Source: an uncultured Bacilli bacterium
Lineage (GTDB): Bacteria; Bacillota_I; Bacilli_A; RF39; UBA660
DNA length: 64,000 bases
Reading direction: 5' to 3'
NCBI GenBank assembly: GCA_934096315.1
Contig: CAKOLT010000001.1
Coordinates: 43,412-107,411, forward strand
Under the pieces are notes generated by a model that had not been told where the DNA came from, ran no database searches, and was given only the letters and a program-made list of their open reading frames with translations. Of this stretch, positions 62,487 to 64,000 are shown piece after piece. The position numbers and the translations under genes are program-made. Numbering within the stretch: the first letter of the stretch is position 1; the number at the start of each line of letters is the position of its first letter.

Positions 62487-63428
62487 TTAAAATAAATTTA
62501 ACTTGATAGCATTTATTTCTGATAGGCTTAGTTTGGTTACTTTTGATATTGCTTTCTCTGGATATCCCTCTTTAAGTAAGTTTTTTGTTATTTCTACTTT
62601 TTCGCTTTTTTTCCCACGTTCTTCACCACGTTTCTCTCCAATAGCGATTCCACGTTCTTCGCCACGTTTCTCACCTTTGTACAAAGCCTCAGACTCTGTA
62701 AATGCTAGCTCTCTCTTATGTTCTTCTTCTGCTGATATAATACCTAAATATTCATCATTTTTATTCTTTTCTTTTATTATTTTTAAAATTTTATCAATGT
62801 TCACTTTCTTTATTCCTCCTTTCTTCAATAATTCTCTTATCTTTTCTAAATTAGTAAATCCAAACATAGCTCCTAAATAGACTCTTTTGTCAGGACACTC
62901 TATGATACTGTCATTGGTATAATTATATACCATTTCTTTACATTTTGCAACATTTACGTTTAAATTAACCAAATTTTTTAAAAGTGGTTCTTTTGTAGAT
63001 ATATTTTCTTTGATGTATATGGATATAGCATCACTAATTCCCGAAGTACCATTAATATTTACTTGATATAGCTTGTAATTAGCCATATCTTCATACTTCT
63101 TAGAATGGTTACAGAGATGATTATAAATACTGTTAAAGTACTTCTCATTTCTGTATCTTTTATAATCTGTGTAGCCCTCTTTGTTGACTTCACAGTTTAT
63201 AAAAGTTTTATCATTAATCTTGAGAACTATATCACATATTAGTTTGTCGTCCTTTAGGAATTCTTTAATTAACTCTGAGTTGTTTATTTCTACGGTGTAA
63301 TTATAATCAAAGTCTATCCCTAAAAGAATACATAAAATATTTGCTAATATTTTGGGTTCCTCCAAAAGAATATGCTTAAAAGAATTATCATATAGTAAAC
63401 TCTTAATCTCAACATCTTGCTCCGTCAT
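62487..63428 (-). CDS. Rpn-family (YhgA-like) PD-(D/E)XK nuclease with DUF4351 tail, paralog 2
   Basis: ~75% identical to paralog 1. Same SD/start context. C-terminus ..EKRGEERGIAIGEKRGEERGKK..ITKNLLKEGYPEKAISKVTKLSLSEINAIKLNLF. Confidence 0.65.
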   Translation of the reverse strand: MTEQDVEIKSLLYDNSFKHILLEEPKILANILCILLGIDFDYNYTVEINNSELIKEFLKDDKLICDIVLKINDKTFINCEVNKEGYTDYKRYRNEKYFNSIYNHLCNHSKKYEDMANYKLYQVNINGTSGISDAISIYIKENISTKEPLLKNLVNLNVNVAKCKEMVYNYTNDSIIECPDKRVYLGAMFGFTNLEKIRELLKKGGIKKVNIDKILKIIKEKNKNDEYLGIISAEEEHKRELAFTESEALYKGEKRGEERGIAIGEKRGEERGKKSEKVEITKNLLKEGYPEKAISKVTKLSLSEINAIKLNLF

Positions 63429-63639
63429 GCTACTCACCTCCTTCTGAGAATAACTACCCTCACTATAATATCTCCAAAGTGAGACCAAAAATTCCCCCCT
63501 GTGTCTGAATTATTACCATAGATTATGAAATTATTACCGAAAATGGTGTCAAGTAAGTGTAAAGTAAAGGGTTTTTGACAAAAAAAGACTATACCGCATA
63601 CTTGGTATAGTTCTTCATAAAATTGAGTTAATTTTCATA

Positions 63640-64000
63640 TAAATTTAATATTATTATCATAAAAAAGTGAGGCTACAACAAATGCTGTAGTCTCCAGGTT
63701 CTGTATCCTTCTTCTTTATGGCTTCGAAGGCTTCCAATCAATTAAGAAGTAGATCCGTGCACAAACCTACTACTACTCCTAATGCCGAGCACGGAGATTT
63801 TAAATTGTATACACCAGTAGTAAGCAGTTACGTATAACACTTACGTATGTATAACTAGTTTTGACTATCAAAGATAGACAAGGGTAAACTCTGTCCTTAT
63901 TACGATTCTCATATTAAAGCTTTTATGCTAACCCTAATATCCACATTTTGTAAAAGGGCTGGCCGCACAGAACCCCCATTGTTGACGTTGTTGTTGTTGT
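63640..64000 (-). other. Unassigned structured, GC-richer non-coding region ending in a minus-strand rho-independent terminator (possible ncRNA 3' portion; extends off the window)
   Basis: Minus-strand GGCTACAacaaatgcTGTAGtC plus T-run at ~63660-63690. Stems CCGTGC...GCACGG. GC-rich GGGGGTTCTGTGCGGCCAGCCC near 63940-63975. No ORF. Confidence 0.25.

Noticed and set aside
63640-64000. rRNA, tmRNA, SRP RNA, RNase P or group II intron at the window end
   Set aside because: None of the characteristic terminal or consensus sequences (16S/23S ends, tmRNA GGGG..CCACCA, intron GUGYG/domain V) could be matched by eye. Left as unassigned structured RNA.

Overview
Very AT-rich (~25% GC) chromosomal window from an endospore-forming, low-GC Firmicute (Clostridia-like). 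The identification rests on housekeeping genes in Bacillus-like syntenies next to sporulation genes (sigG-ylmC, spoVID-ysxE, gerM, gerE, spoIIIAH, cse60-like, spoIIIE/ftsK) and a dockerin-bearing wall hydrolase. Almost everything is on the minus strand.

Core genes: rarA, a tcdA-like gene, ttcA, a T-box-controlled pheST operon with a small extra ORF, frr, rplT-rpmI-infC (infC starts on a non-AUG codon), eno, ruvB, ligA, serS, pgsA, recD2, gltX fused to tRNA-Gln(CUG), tRNA-Thr and tRNA-Glu, tRNA-Arg, dtd, relA, gap, radC, ruvA-ddl, ftsA-ftsZ.

Two accessory regions stand out.

(1) 45.3-54.5 kb: three paralogous secreted proteins (one frameshifted) with mosaic, gene-conversion-like conservation. 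Each operon is preceded by a conserved terminator-like leader hairpin. The region is bracketed by repeat modules built round a perfect 20-bp palindrome (TTATGCG-AACGTT-CGCATAA). A ~95-bp inverted-repeat-flanked segment there carries a decayed tyrosine-recombinase gene. Together these look like a site-specific recombination / phase-variation locus, possibly fossil.

(2) 60.9-63.6 kb: a tandem array of Rpn (YhgA-like PD-(D/E)XK) nuclease genes with DUF4351 tails plus a free-standing DUF4351-only gene. The cluster shares near-identical promoters and terminators and has in-frame 12-bp tandem repeats.

Other oddities: a degenerate single-ring ClpC-like pseudo-ATPase, a lysine-rich tail on L20, a tandem pair of two-TM membrane proteins, a poly-G-interrupted gene fragment, and an unassigned GC-richer structured region at the 3' end of the window.
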